Below, piece after piece: positions 55,802-63,397 of a stretch of 64,000 bases of DNA. Every line of letters starts with the position of its first letter. Position 1 is the stretch's first letter. Position numbers and translations under genes: made by a program. The notes under the pieces are model-generated. The model saw only the letters and a list, made by a program, of their open reading frames with translations. It was not told the DNA's origin and searched no databases. This DNA comes from an uncultured virus (IMG/VR IMGVR_UViG_3300046468_001198) (taxonomy: Duplodnaviria > Heunggongvirae > Uroviricota > Caudoviricetes): the IMG/VR virus record IMGVR_UViG_3300046468_001198. One strand, 5' to 3'.

Positions 55802-56563
55802 ATGTCAATTACAAACATGAATTTTAAACAGCGTTCCTTGTTGTTTGCCGAACTAAGTGCATTAGCTTATAATAATAACACATCTGATGTTAAAAAGCAA
55901 GCAAAAAAGTTAGGTTTTACAACAATTGAATTTTATAATAAGGAAGGTGCCCAGGCATATCGCTTTATGAACAAAGAAGATTTAGTCATAGCGTGTCGCG
56001 GAACCCAACCTGCAGAGTTTAATGATATTAAAGCAGACTTAAAAGCATTTCCTGTTATTGCCGAAACTGTAAGCAGAGTCCATAGAGGATTCAAAGACGA
56101 AGTAGATGATCTTTGGCCTATGATATGTGAAGACATCAATCGTAAAGTAAACTTAGGCAAGAAGTTATGGATGTGTGGTCATAGTTTAGGAGCGGCAATG
56201 GCGACTATTATGGCTAATCGTTGCGAGTGTGATAGTAATCTAAATGACCCAGAAGAGCTTTATACTTATGGTAGTCCAAGAGTAGGTTGGCCAACATATG
56301 TTAAGAGCTTTGGTACTGTGCATCATCGTTGGAAGAACAATAATGACATTGTCACTACTGTTCCTCTTACTGTTATGGGTTACAGACACTGCGGCAATGA
56401 ACACTATCTAAATGCCTATGGCAAGTATAGAAAGCCTACTGGTTGGCAACGCTTTAAGGACAAGTGGCGTGGTATATGGATGGGCCTAAAGCAAGGTAAG
56501 ATAGATAGCTTTGGTGATCATTCAATGACTGAGTACATTAAACATATTAAACAAATAGACTAG
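55802..56563 (+). CDS. class 3 lipase family protein
   Basis: ACRGT, VHRGF, GHSLGAA, TYGSPRVG, DIV. Confidence 0.92.
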   Translation: MSITNMNFKQRSLLFAELSALAYNNNTSDVKKQAKKLGFTTIEFYNKEGAQAYRFMNKEDLVIACRGTQPAEFNDIKADLKAFPVIAETVSRVHRGFKDEVDDLWPMICEDINRKVNLGKKLWMCGHSLGAAMATIMANRCECDSNLNDPEELYTYGSPRVGWPTYVKSFGTVHHRWKNNNDIVTTVPLTVMGYRHCGNEHYLNAYGKYRKPTGWQRFKDKWRGIWMGLKQGKIDSFGDHSMTEYIKHIKQID

Positions 56564-57506
56564 ACACAGACTCTTCGTTTGTAACTCGTCTAATTGCTTC
56601 ACCAAACAAAGGCGCGACACTAACCTGTCGTGTCTTTTTGCAATTCTTAGGACAGCGATCGGCAATTGAATCAGTTACTACTAATTCATCTAGAACACTC
56701 TTCTCAACTTTTTGACATGCTTCGCCTGACAGTACTCCGTGTGTAATATATGCACGAACTGAAAGAGCACCTGCTTTCATAATTGCTTCTGCGGCTTTAC
56801 ACAATGTACCTCCGCTATCAATAATGTCATCAACTAGAATGGCGTGTTTACCTTCAACATCGCCGATCAAGTTCATAACTTCGCTCTTGCCTGCTTCAGG
56901 ACGCATCTTGTCAACAATAGCAATGTCGCCATTAAACATATCAGCAAACTTTCTAGCACGAACTGCGCCACCTGCATCTGGTGATACAAACACTGTACCT
57001 TGTTGCTCAACATCTGGGTCATCAATAATCCCAATTGAACGTCTAATGTCTTTAGCAAACACTACACGGCTTGTTAAATCATCCACTGGGATGTCAAAGA
57101 AACCCTGTATCTGTCCTGCGTGTAGATCCATTGTAAGAATTCTATCTGCACCTGCTGTTACCAACAAATTAGCAACCAACTTTGCTGTAATAGGAGTACG
57201 ACTTGCACTCTTACGATCTTGTCTTGCGTAACCAAAGTAAGGAATAACTGCTGTGATACGACTTGCACTTGATCTACGTGCCGCATCAATCATAATCAAC
57301 AGTTCCATTAAACTGTCATTAACAGGAGTTGCTGTACTCTGCACAATAAACACATCTTCGCCACGTATGTTTTCATTAAACTCTACACTCGACTCGCCAT
57401 CAGCAAAAGTTGATACTGTTGCTGGAACTAGAGTTGCGAAGCAATGCTCGGCAATCTCTTGCGCTAATTGAGGATTAGCATTTCCTGTTATTATTTTCAT
57501 TTTCAA
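56547..57506 (-). CDS. prs: ribose-phosphate pyrophosphokinase
   Basis: FADGE, PYFGYARQDRK, DLHAGQIQGFFD, SPDAGG, VDDIIDSGGTL. Confidence 0.97.
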   Translation of the reverse strand: MKMKIITGNANPQLAQEIAEHCFATLVPATVSTFADGESSVEFNENIRGEDVFIVQSTATPVNDSLMELLIMIDAARRSSASRITAVIPYFGYARQDRKSASRTPITAKLVANLLVTAGADRILTMDLHAGQIQGFFDIPVDDLTSRVVFAKDIRRSIGIIDDPDVEQQGTVFVSPDAGGAVRARKFADMFNGDIAIVDKMRPEAGKSEVMNLIGDVEGKHAILVDDIIDSGGTLCKAAEAIMKAGALSVRAYITHGVLSGEACQKVEKSVLDELVVTDSIADRCPKNCKKTRQVSVAPLFGEAIRRVTNEESVSSLFV

Positions 57507-57613
57507 ACGGTGGTCCCTTCTAGGTTAAAAGTTATATTATTGTTAGAGTATATATGACTTTGATACTTTTGTCAAGAGAAAAGGTGAAGCCGTCGAACCT
57601 CACCTCCCTTATT

Positions 57614-58585
57614 TTATAATCCGTTTGGTAGGATTACATAGTGTATGGCAAGTACCAGTGCAACTGATGCACCTAACCCTACCATCATCTTACCAAAGTC
57701 TTTTGCCACAAGTGGAAAGATAGACTTTGTTTTTTGCTTACCAAAGTAAGTAGCCATTGCTAGTTCTCTACCTGCAAGTAAGCCTACGAACACCCACGTT
57801 GTTGACATAGGAATATCATTAAGCTCTTTAAAGAAGTACAAGCACATCCAATAGAACAAGTCAATCAATGTTGCTGACCGAACATATCGTGTGTTGTGTT
57901 TCTCTAAAACGATCTGCTGTATGCGACCGCCTTTTTCTCTAAACATAAAGAACAAGCCTGCAACAAATACTACACTGATCATTAACATTAGATCAACTGG
58001 AATAACTCTTGGAAGGAACACTGCTATGTTAGCCATATCGTGCGACAACCAAGTCCACCATAGTCCGCCTGTTGCTACCCATTGGGCGATGCGCCAGAAC
58101 CGTTTGTTGCCTTCGTCTACAGGTTTTGTTTCGTCATACCATTGTCCAAAGTACTTGTGTATTGCAAACCATATAAAGTATGCAAATGCGGCCGCAACAC
58201 CGTAGCCCATAATCGATTTCATAAGCATTTTCTCCAACACAAAAGTTGAAGCAAATACTGATAACACCAAGAACGATGTTGACACTGGTACACCTATTCG
58301 CGTTAGTGCAACTAGGATTGCTGGTGCGGCGGCGTGATACCATTGTACCTCTTGCCAGGGTATTTTGTTTAGTCTTCCGTAACTGATGTCTCCACCATTT
58401 ACTGTCCAACCATACCATAAGGTTGCAAGTAACACTGCACTTGCGGCTCCCCATAATACTTTGTAGTTGAATCGCTCATTGTTTGATGCCATCCAAGTAC
58501 CGAGCGTTTGTACTGAATCATTTGCAATAACCGCGTATGCGGCTAACAGGAACCCGACTAGGCTCCATAAGGTGAGTGCGTCCAT
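57614..58585 (-). CDS. multi-pass membrane protein, PiT/PHO4-like transporter
   Basis: About 9-10 TMs; IANDSVQTLGT / SHDMAN and PVSTS / PMSTT resemble the duplicated PiT signatures. Confidence 0.65.
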   Translation of the reverse strand: MDALTLWSLVGFLLAAYAVIANDSVQTLGTWMASNNERFNYKVLWGAASAVLLATLWYGWTVNGGDISYGRLNKIPWQEVQWYHAAAPAILVALTRIGVPVSTSFLVLSVFASTFVLEKMLMKSIMGYGVAAAFAYFIWFAIHKYFGQWYDETKPVDEGNKRFWRIAQWVATGGLWWTWLSHDMANIAVFLPRVIPVDLMLMISVVFVAGLFFMFREKGGRIQQIVLEKHNTRYVRSATLIDLFYWMCLYFFKELNDIPMSTTWVFVGLLAGRELAMATYFGKQKTKSIFPLVAKDFGKMMVGLGASVALVLAIHYVILPNGL

Positions 58586-58655
58586 TAGTTTCTCCTCTGC
58601 TTGACGGCTTTACCCCGTCGCTCACATAATAAGGTAGGCTCGACGTTGCCTACTG
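58586..58655 (-). promoter_or_regulatory. structured 5' leader, candidate riboswitch
   Basis: Hairpins GTAGGC/GCCTAC and GACGG/CCGTC; loop CGTCG complementary to CGACG. Confidence 0.5.
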
Positions 58656-58657
58656 AT

Positions 58658-58691
58658 TATTTATAATACAAAACTATTTGTAAAATGTCAA
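58658..58691 (-). promoter_or_regulatory. composite promoter TTGACA-17-TATTAT overlapping TATAAATA
   Basis: Direct sequence match. Confidence 0.75.
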
Positions 58692-58789
58692 CCGAAGATG
58701 GTATGCACAATATGCATAACGAGTATTTGAAAAATGCATTTGATTTATGCTCAAATAGACGTTATAATAAAGTTACTTTTAATAAATAA

Positions 58790-58960
58790 GAGTGAATAGG
58801 GCAGTAGTGCTGTACTATTCGACACACATAGACACATTGGATAGACAATGCGGATTATCCATCCGTTACAAGCGATTGACGGCTACCAAAGGTAGTTGCA
58901 CCGCCGGGGAAGTTCCGGGGTATTGCTTTCCTCAAGCATCCTAAAAACTTTATCAAGGAG
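58790..58960 (+). ncRNA. multi-hairpin structured RNA / long 5' leader
   Basis: At least 6 adjacent hairpins in a GC-enriched non-coding stretch after TAAATA. Confidence 0.45.
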
Positions 58961-58966
58961 AAAAAA

Positions 58967-59143
58967 ATGTTAAAAGCATTGAATGGCCTTGTGAGTTTAC
59001 TTGGAAACCCACTTCCGACTAGGAAGTTTGAAAAAGAGATGCTCACTTACGCCAAAACAGAGTACGGAAAAGATTGGCAGTATGCCTATTCTTATATGCT
59101 ATCGCACAACGGCCGCGGCCCAAGAGCGGGAGTATACAACTAA
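58967..59143 (+). CDS. small hypothetical protein (58 aa)
   Basis: Manual: MLKALNGLVSLLGNPLPTRKFEKEMLTYAKTEYGKDWQYAYSYMLSHNGRGPRAGVYN; AAGGAG SD. Confidence 0.75.
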   Translation: MLKALNGLVSLLGNPLPTRKFEKEMLTYAKTEYGKDWQYAYSYMLSHNGRGPRAGVYN

Positions 59144-59403
59144 TGACACAATATGTATTAACAGCATCAAGCTGGATTAGTGACGCCTATTGGGGTCTTG
59201 TAGATTTAGTTAAACAATGGAGACGCAACAGAGCCCGCAAGGCTATGATTGCAACAACTCGTAGAGAGTTATCCAACCTTACTGATCATGAACTACGTGA
59301 CCTAGGAATAGGTCGAAGCGATATAACAAGTATTGCAAACGGAACCTTTCATGATAACAGAATGAAAGCAAGAACTAATGCTAACTTAAAAGGATGGGTA
59401 TAA
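59143..59403 (+). CDS. DUF1127 protein
   Basis: TRRELSNLTDHELRDLGIGRSDI; TAATG coupling gives start 59143. Confidence 0.9.
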   Translation: MTQYVLTASSWISDAYWGLVDLVKQWRRNRARKAMIATTRRELSNLTDHELRDLGIGRSDITSIANGTFHDNRMKARTNANLKGWV

Positions 59404-59600
59404 TGACTGCGGCAACTATTAGAGACAACACTTGGAACTTTACTTGTAAGACTTGTGTAGTTTTACGAAACACATTAATTGCAATATGGGTCGGCTTTAT
59501 TGCATTTGGTGAATCAGCAGGCAGAGCGAGAGCGGCCTCTGAACTATCACGCATGGGTATGCACAAAGAAGCCAAAGCTCTTATGTTGGAGAAACGCTAA
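59403..59600 (+). CDS. small hypothetical protein
   Basis: GRARAASELSRMG; TAATG coupling. Confidence 0.75.
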   Translation: MTAATIRDNTWNFTCKTCVVLRNTLIAIWVGFIAFGESAGRARAASELSRMGMHKEAKALMLEKR

Positions 59601-59734
59601 TGTGGAAACGGTTTATTAAAGCAATGGAATACAGAAGTTACTGTATGGCGATAAGAGAACTAAGAAGCAGAGGCTATTATGAAAAAGCCAACGAGATATC
59701 TGAGTTTAAACATAAAGTATACGGAACATTTTAA
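59600..59734 (+). CDS. small protein (44 aa)
   Basis: Manual: MWKRFIKAMEYRSYCMAIRELRSRGYYEKANEISEFKHKVYGTF; TAATG coupling. Confidence 0.65.
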   Translation: MWKRFIKAMEYRSYCMAIRELRSRGYYEKANEISEFKHKVYGTF

Positions 59735-59787
59735 TGTGGCCTTATACTGAAGAAGAAAACGATTTCTTAAACAGAAAAATAATAGAT

Positions 59788-59815
59788 AAAAAGGGCGGCA
59801 AGTAGTCGCCCTTTT
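59788..59815. terminator. intrinsic terminator
   Basis: AAAAGGGCGGC-AAGTA-GTCGCCCTTTT. Confidence 0.8.
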
Positions 59816-59833
59816 ACCACACACAGAGGACTT

Positions 59834-59956
59834 ATGAAAAACTTACTTGAAAACTTAATAGCACGATGCGACGGCGAACTATGTGACAACATAGGCTTTA
59901 GTCTACTTGCTATTTTTTGTGTCAGTGTTATGTACATATCACTTAGTCAAATCTAA
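59834..59956 (+). CDS. small TM protein (40 aa)
   Basis: MKNLLENLIARCDGELCDNIGFSLLAIFCVSVMYISLSQI; GAGGA SD. Confidence 0.6.
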   Translation: MKNLLENLIARCDGELCDNIGFSLLAIFCVSVMYISLSQI

Positions 59957-60001
59957 GTGTTGTAATACTGCTACAAATTTACACAGTTTACGCTAACAGG
60001 G

Positions 60002-60056
60002 TTGACTATGCCTGTGTTCTCTGCTATATATAATACACGCTACAAATTCTTGTAGC
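60002..60056 (+). promoter_or_regulatory. promoter followed by a perfect palindrome
   Basis: TTGACT-17-TATATA; GCTACAA-ATTC-TTGTAGC at 60039-60056. Confidence 0.6.
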
Positions 60057-60090
60057 ATACTACACATATACACAAAGAAAGAAAACACAA

Positions 60091-60522
60091 ATGAAAAAAT
60101 TACTCACTACAGTTGCCCTCATGGGTCTACTATCAACCCCGGCATTTGCCGCAGACATTTCCGTCGACATGCTAAACAAGCGTGACGATGGCGCTAAAAT
60201 GGTTTACAGTGAAGACATCTCAGTTATCGAAGTAGGAGATTCAATCACATGGTTGCCAACATCAAAAGGTCACAATGTAGAATTCATTGCTGGGCCAGAT
60301 GGTTGGGACTCACCAAAGAAATCAAAACTATCAAAAGAATACACATATACATTTGACACACCAGGTGTGTACTTGTACCAATGTACACCACACAAGAGCA
60401 TGGGAATGATTGCTATTGTAGTTGTAGGTGAACTAACACAAGAAGGCGTTGATGCTATCAAAGACGCTAAGGTACGTGGCAAGTCAAAGAAGAAACTAAA
60501 GGCACTATTGGCTGACCTATGA
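60091..60522 (+). CDS. pseudoazurin (type I copper protein)
   Basis: Signal peptide; MLNK..DG.KMVY; GHNVE; YQCTPHKSMGM (His, Cys, His, Met ligands). Confidence 0.92.
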   Translation: MKKLLTTVALMGLLSTPAFAADISVDMLNKRDDGAKMVYSEDISVIEVGDSITWLPTSKGHNVEFIAGPDGWDSPKKSKLSKEYTYTFDTPGVYLYQCTPHKSMGMIAIVVVGELTQEGVDAIKDAKVRGKSKKKLKALLADL

Positions 60523-60716
60523 GTAAGGTAACTGAAGATGCACAAAAGCAAGCCGAAGTTGCATTTGACGGCTTCATCTTGTGGAGCAAACGCACTACCT
60601 ATGCTTCAATAGCATTTTTGTTTATTGTTGCAAGTTGTAACTTTGGTGTTGAAGATGATACCTATCCAGGATACAACGGAGAACAGTATAGCCCAACAGG
60701 ACTAAGTACAGACTAA
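60519..60716 (+). CDS. aa3-type cytochrome c oxidase subunit IV-like protein
   Basis: QAEVAFDGFILWSKRT followed by a TM helix. Confidence 0.6.
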   Translation: MSKVTEDAQKQAEVAFDGFILWSKRTTYASIAFLFIVASCNFGVEDDTYPGYNGEQYSPTGLSTD

Positions 60717-60819
60717 TGCACGGCGATAGGGGTAACATGAAAATAGTTTGGCTCATGTTAGCCCTATGCGTATTCCTACACATTGTAGTAATACCTATAT
60801 GGATGAGGAGTCTAGGACT

Positions 60820-61035
60820 ATGAAACCAAATAAAAACTTTGAATTAACTGTAAGAGACATTGAAGTTATCGAACAGGCACTAAGAGCAAAGGCTGGCCGT
60901 AGAGGATTGGCCATTGCACAAGGCGATGTATCGGAAAAGCTAAAAGAAGAAATGCACGAGATACAAGAACTGCTAGGACGTATACATCATCAAAAGGTAT
61001 GGTATACTCCAAAAGAATTTGTTCCAGGCGGTTGA
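60820..61035 (+). CDS. hypothetical protein
   Basis: MKPNKNFELTVRDIEVIE.AL...ELLGRIHHQK.WY.P. Confidence 0.75.
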   Translation: MKPNKNFELTVRDIEVIEQALRAKAGRRGLAIAQGDVSEKLKEEMHEIQELLGRIHHQKVWYTPKEFVPGG

Positions 61036-61096
61036 CAAATACTAAATACTCTGTTACATTAGTAACACTACACACATACACACAAAGGAGAATATA

Positions 61097-61426
61097 ATGA
61101 GCGTAGACACCAAATACGGCGAAGCCATCTTTAAACAAACACAGGAAGTTGCTGAAATGTTTAAAGCCGCAATGCCAAAAATCACAACAAATAAGAATGG
61201 ATATGAAATCCGCACAAAAGTTTTAGAGATGGCCCAGGGCAATGTCTGGAACGACTATCATGCTAAATTTGGCGGATGGGAACAAAGTGTAAAACGTGAT
61301 CCTGAAACTGGTGAGATTGTAAATTCTGTTACAATGCCAGAAGTACCAGGAACAGACGCTGTATTAGAAGCGGCTGAAAAGTTTTACGAATTTGTAAATG
61401 GTAAAACTAGTAAAACTAAAGAATAA
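61097..61426 (+). CDS. hypothetical protein
   Basis: KNGYEIRTKVLEMA...AEKFYEFV; AAGGAG SD. Confidence 0.8.
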   Translation: MSVDTKYGEAIFKQTQEVAEMFKAAMPKITTNKNGYEIRTKVLEMAQGNVWNDYHAKFGGWEQSVKRDPETGEIVNSVTMPEVPGTDAVLEAAEKFYEFVNGKTSKTKE

Positions 61427-61462
61427 AGGGACATAGTCCTTACATAAAGTATATATAACGGC

Positions 61463-61492
61463 AGCCCCTGCGTTAGAAATAGCGTAGGGGTT
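61463..61492. terminator. hairpin between convergent genes
   Basis: GCCCCTGCGTTA-GAAA-TAGCGTAGGGGT. Confidence 0.6.
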
Positions 61493-61500
61493 AATCACCT

Positions 61501-62274
61501 TTATGCGCCGTAAGAATCAGGATGATCTGGTTCGTCATCAACTAATAACATATCAAAACAGGCTGTGGTGCTACGGTTGTTGTCCCGTGGTAGAACTCTT
61601 ATGTCAATGTCGGACTTCTCTGGATAACGGACAGGAAAACTAAAGTTGTATACATATTGTCCGCCGCCAGTGACATCCCAAACATGCTGGGCTCTAAATA
61701 ATCCTGTGCCTCCTATACGGGCATAAACATAACCTGAAAAGTCTGCGTCTTTCTCACCTGTACTGGTTACTTGATAAAGATATCCTGTTTTGCCTGCTGG
61801 TATGGTATAGATAGCCATTAGTGTTTGATTCAGTTGAGGTCGGATACACAATACCACTACACCGCCTTTTGATACTGATAGTTTTCCAACATTATTGCCT
61901 GTGCTTCCTGCGGCACCTACATAAGCACGATATACTCTTTTGAAACTGACTGTGCCTGCTACTGGTGTGACACCATTAATCAAGATTGTTTCTGATACAA
62001 CATTATAATCGTTGTCCAGTCCTTCTATTACAATATTAAAAGCACCTGTTCCTGTGCTGTTTACATCATCAGTGCTATCGCTTACAACACTGAGTGTACC
62101 TGCTGTGTCAAAACTTGCCCACGGATAAACTGTATCGTCAACATCCCATACTGTGCCAAATTGATCGGAAGCGGCTTCGGCAATCTGTCCAAACTTGTGG
62201 ATGTAACTGTGATCATTACTATTGTAGCCTGAGGCTACCATTTGTCTTAGATTGTAATGTTTTCTATTAGCCAT
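61501..62274 (-). CDS. probable virion structural protein
   Basis: IHKFG...GTGA..I.IEGLD..Y...AIYTIPAGKTGYL; beta-rich. Confidence 0.7.
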   Translation of the reverse strand: MANRKHYNLRQMVASGYNSNDHSYIHKFGQIAEAASDQFGTVWDVDDTVYPWASFDTAGTLSVVSDSTDDVNSTGTGAFNIVIEGLDNDYNVVSETILINGVTPVAGTVSFKRVYRAYVGAAGSTGNNVGKLSVSKGGVVVLCIRPQLNQTLMAIYTIPAGKTGYLYQVTSTGEKDADFSGYVYARIGGTGLFRAQHVWDVTGGGQYVYNFSFPVRYPEKSDIDIRVLPRDNNRSTTACFDMLLVDDEPDHPDSYGA

Positions 62275-62489
62275 TAACTAGCCCAAGGTCTGCCTAGTTT
62301 AAGGCCGCCAGTGTTAGGATTGTCAACCACGTTGTTGGTATCGTTATCACCAACTGCATAACGTGTAGGTAGTTGAGTTGCGTCTGCTGTAACATCTGCA
62401 TAGCGTCCTGGTTGTATAACATTGCGAGCCGCTCTGTCTGCGTTAGCCTGTGTTAGTTTTGCATCTTGTCTTTCACGTTTAGTTGGCAT
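62274..62489 (-). CDS. hypothetical protein
   Basis: Ends GGLKLGRPW; TAATG coupling. Confidence 0.75.
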   Translation of the reverse strand: MPTKRERQDAKLTQANADRAARNVIQPGRYADVTADATQLPTRYAVGDNDTNNVVDNPNTGGLKLGRPWAS

Positions 62490-62770
62490 TATTCAAACCC
62501 CCTTGGATCTTTAACTCTTATATCAGCTGGATCTTTCGGACCGTTTACTCCGCCGCCTGCAAGTGTTGTAACTGCATCGACATCTGCAACTACTTCGTTT
62601 GGGCTGTTGCCTAATGGTCCTTTACTAGGATTACTTAACATTGCAAAGATCTGTTTAAAACGACTTGCCTCAGGCTCACCTTGTTCCGGTGCCGGCAATA
62701 CTTCAGCTTTAGGCTCTTCAGCTTTGTCAAGTACATCTAATACTGCTCTTATAATATCTGTTGTTCTCAT
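62489..62770 (-). CDS. hypothetical protein
   Basis: MRTTDIIR start after TATAAATA; AGGGVNGPKDPADIR. Confidence 0.75.
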   Translation of the reverse strand: MRTTDIIRAVLDVLDKAEEPKAEVLPAPEQGEPEASRFKQIFAMLSNPSKGPLGNSPNEVVADVDAVTTLAGGGVNGPKDPADIRVKDPRGFE

Positions 62771-62778
62771 AATAATAT

Positions 62779-63357
62779 TTATACAAAGTTTGGTCCGTGT
62801 ACCCAACCAACTAAACTTTTGCGCACTCCTTTTGTTACTGGCTTGACACAATGAGGCATAGAACTAGGAAAGAACACTGCTGAATTTGCTTGCGGCACAA
62901 AACTATCGGGTTGTCCTGGACTGCCTGGTATATTTAATTCGCCGCCTTCATAATTATCATTCAACAAAATACTAAAACTAAGTTTTCTATTGCTTCCCAT
63001 TGGATTATGTAATCCTGTGTCTGTGTGAACTTTATAATGTCCTCCAACACCGTACTCTCCGTACTGTACAGTCTCTAAATGTTGTAGATTCCAATGGTAG
63101 TGTTGATCATTTGCATACTTAACAAGATTGTTTAGTAACTCATATATAGAATGTGTTGCTTCGTCATTTATATCTAACCAAGCAATATCTGTTTTTCGTA
63201 CTTCATCATCGTCTGCAATGTTACTTTGTGTTTTAGCTGACTCTAGTTTATCAGCTGTAAAATAGTTTTTTAAAAATTCTAAATGCTCGTTTGGAAATAC
63301 ATTTTCAACTACGAAAATATATTGACCGTTTAAATCTGGATTAACTAATGGTATCAT
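62779..63357 (-). CDS. 2OG-Fe(II) oxygenase (prolyl-hydroxylase-like)
   Basis: HTD, RKLSFSILLND.YEGGEL, FPS..PHCV.PVTKG.RKSLVGW. Confidence 0.9.
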   Translation of the reverse strand: MIPLVNPDLNGQYIFVVENVFPNEHLEFLKNYFTADKLESAKTQSNIADDDEVRKTDIAWLDINDEATHSIYELLNNLVKYANDQHYHWNLQHLETVQYGEYGVGGHYKVHTDTGLHNPMGSNRKLSFSILLNDNYEGGELNIPGSPGQPDSFVPQANSAVFFPSSMPHCVKPVTKGVRKSLVGWVHGPNFV

Positions 63358-63397
63358 ACAAATATTTAACCAATTATATACGTAGATAAATAAGAAT

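Noticed and set aside
10..57471. Numerous plus-strand ORFs in the track antisense to long minus-strand genes (e.g. 20609-21010, 26344-26814, 37885-38364, 54178-54606)
   Set aside because: Shadow ORFs: Ser/Ile/Leu-rich antisense translations with no SD or motifs
58740..58755. FNR-box-like TTGAT...CTCAA
   Set aside because: Spacing is 5 nt and the second half-site mismatches TTGAT-N4-ATCAA
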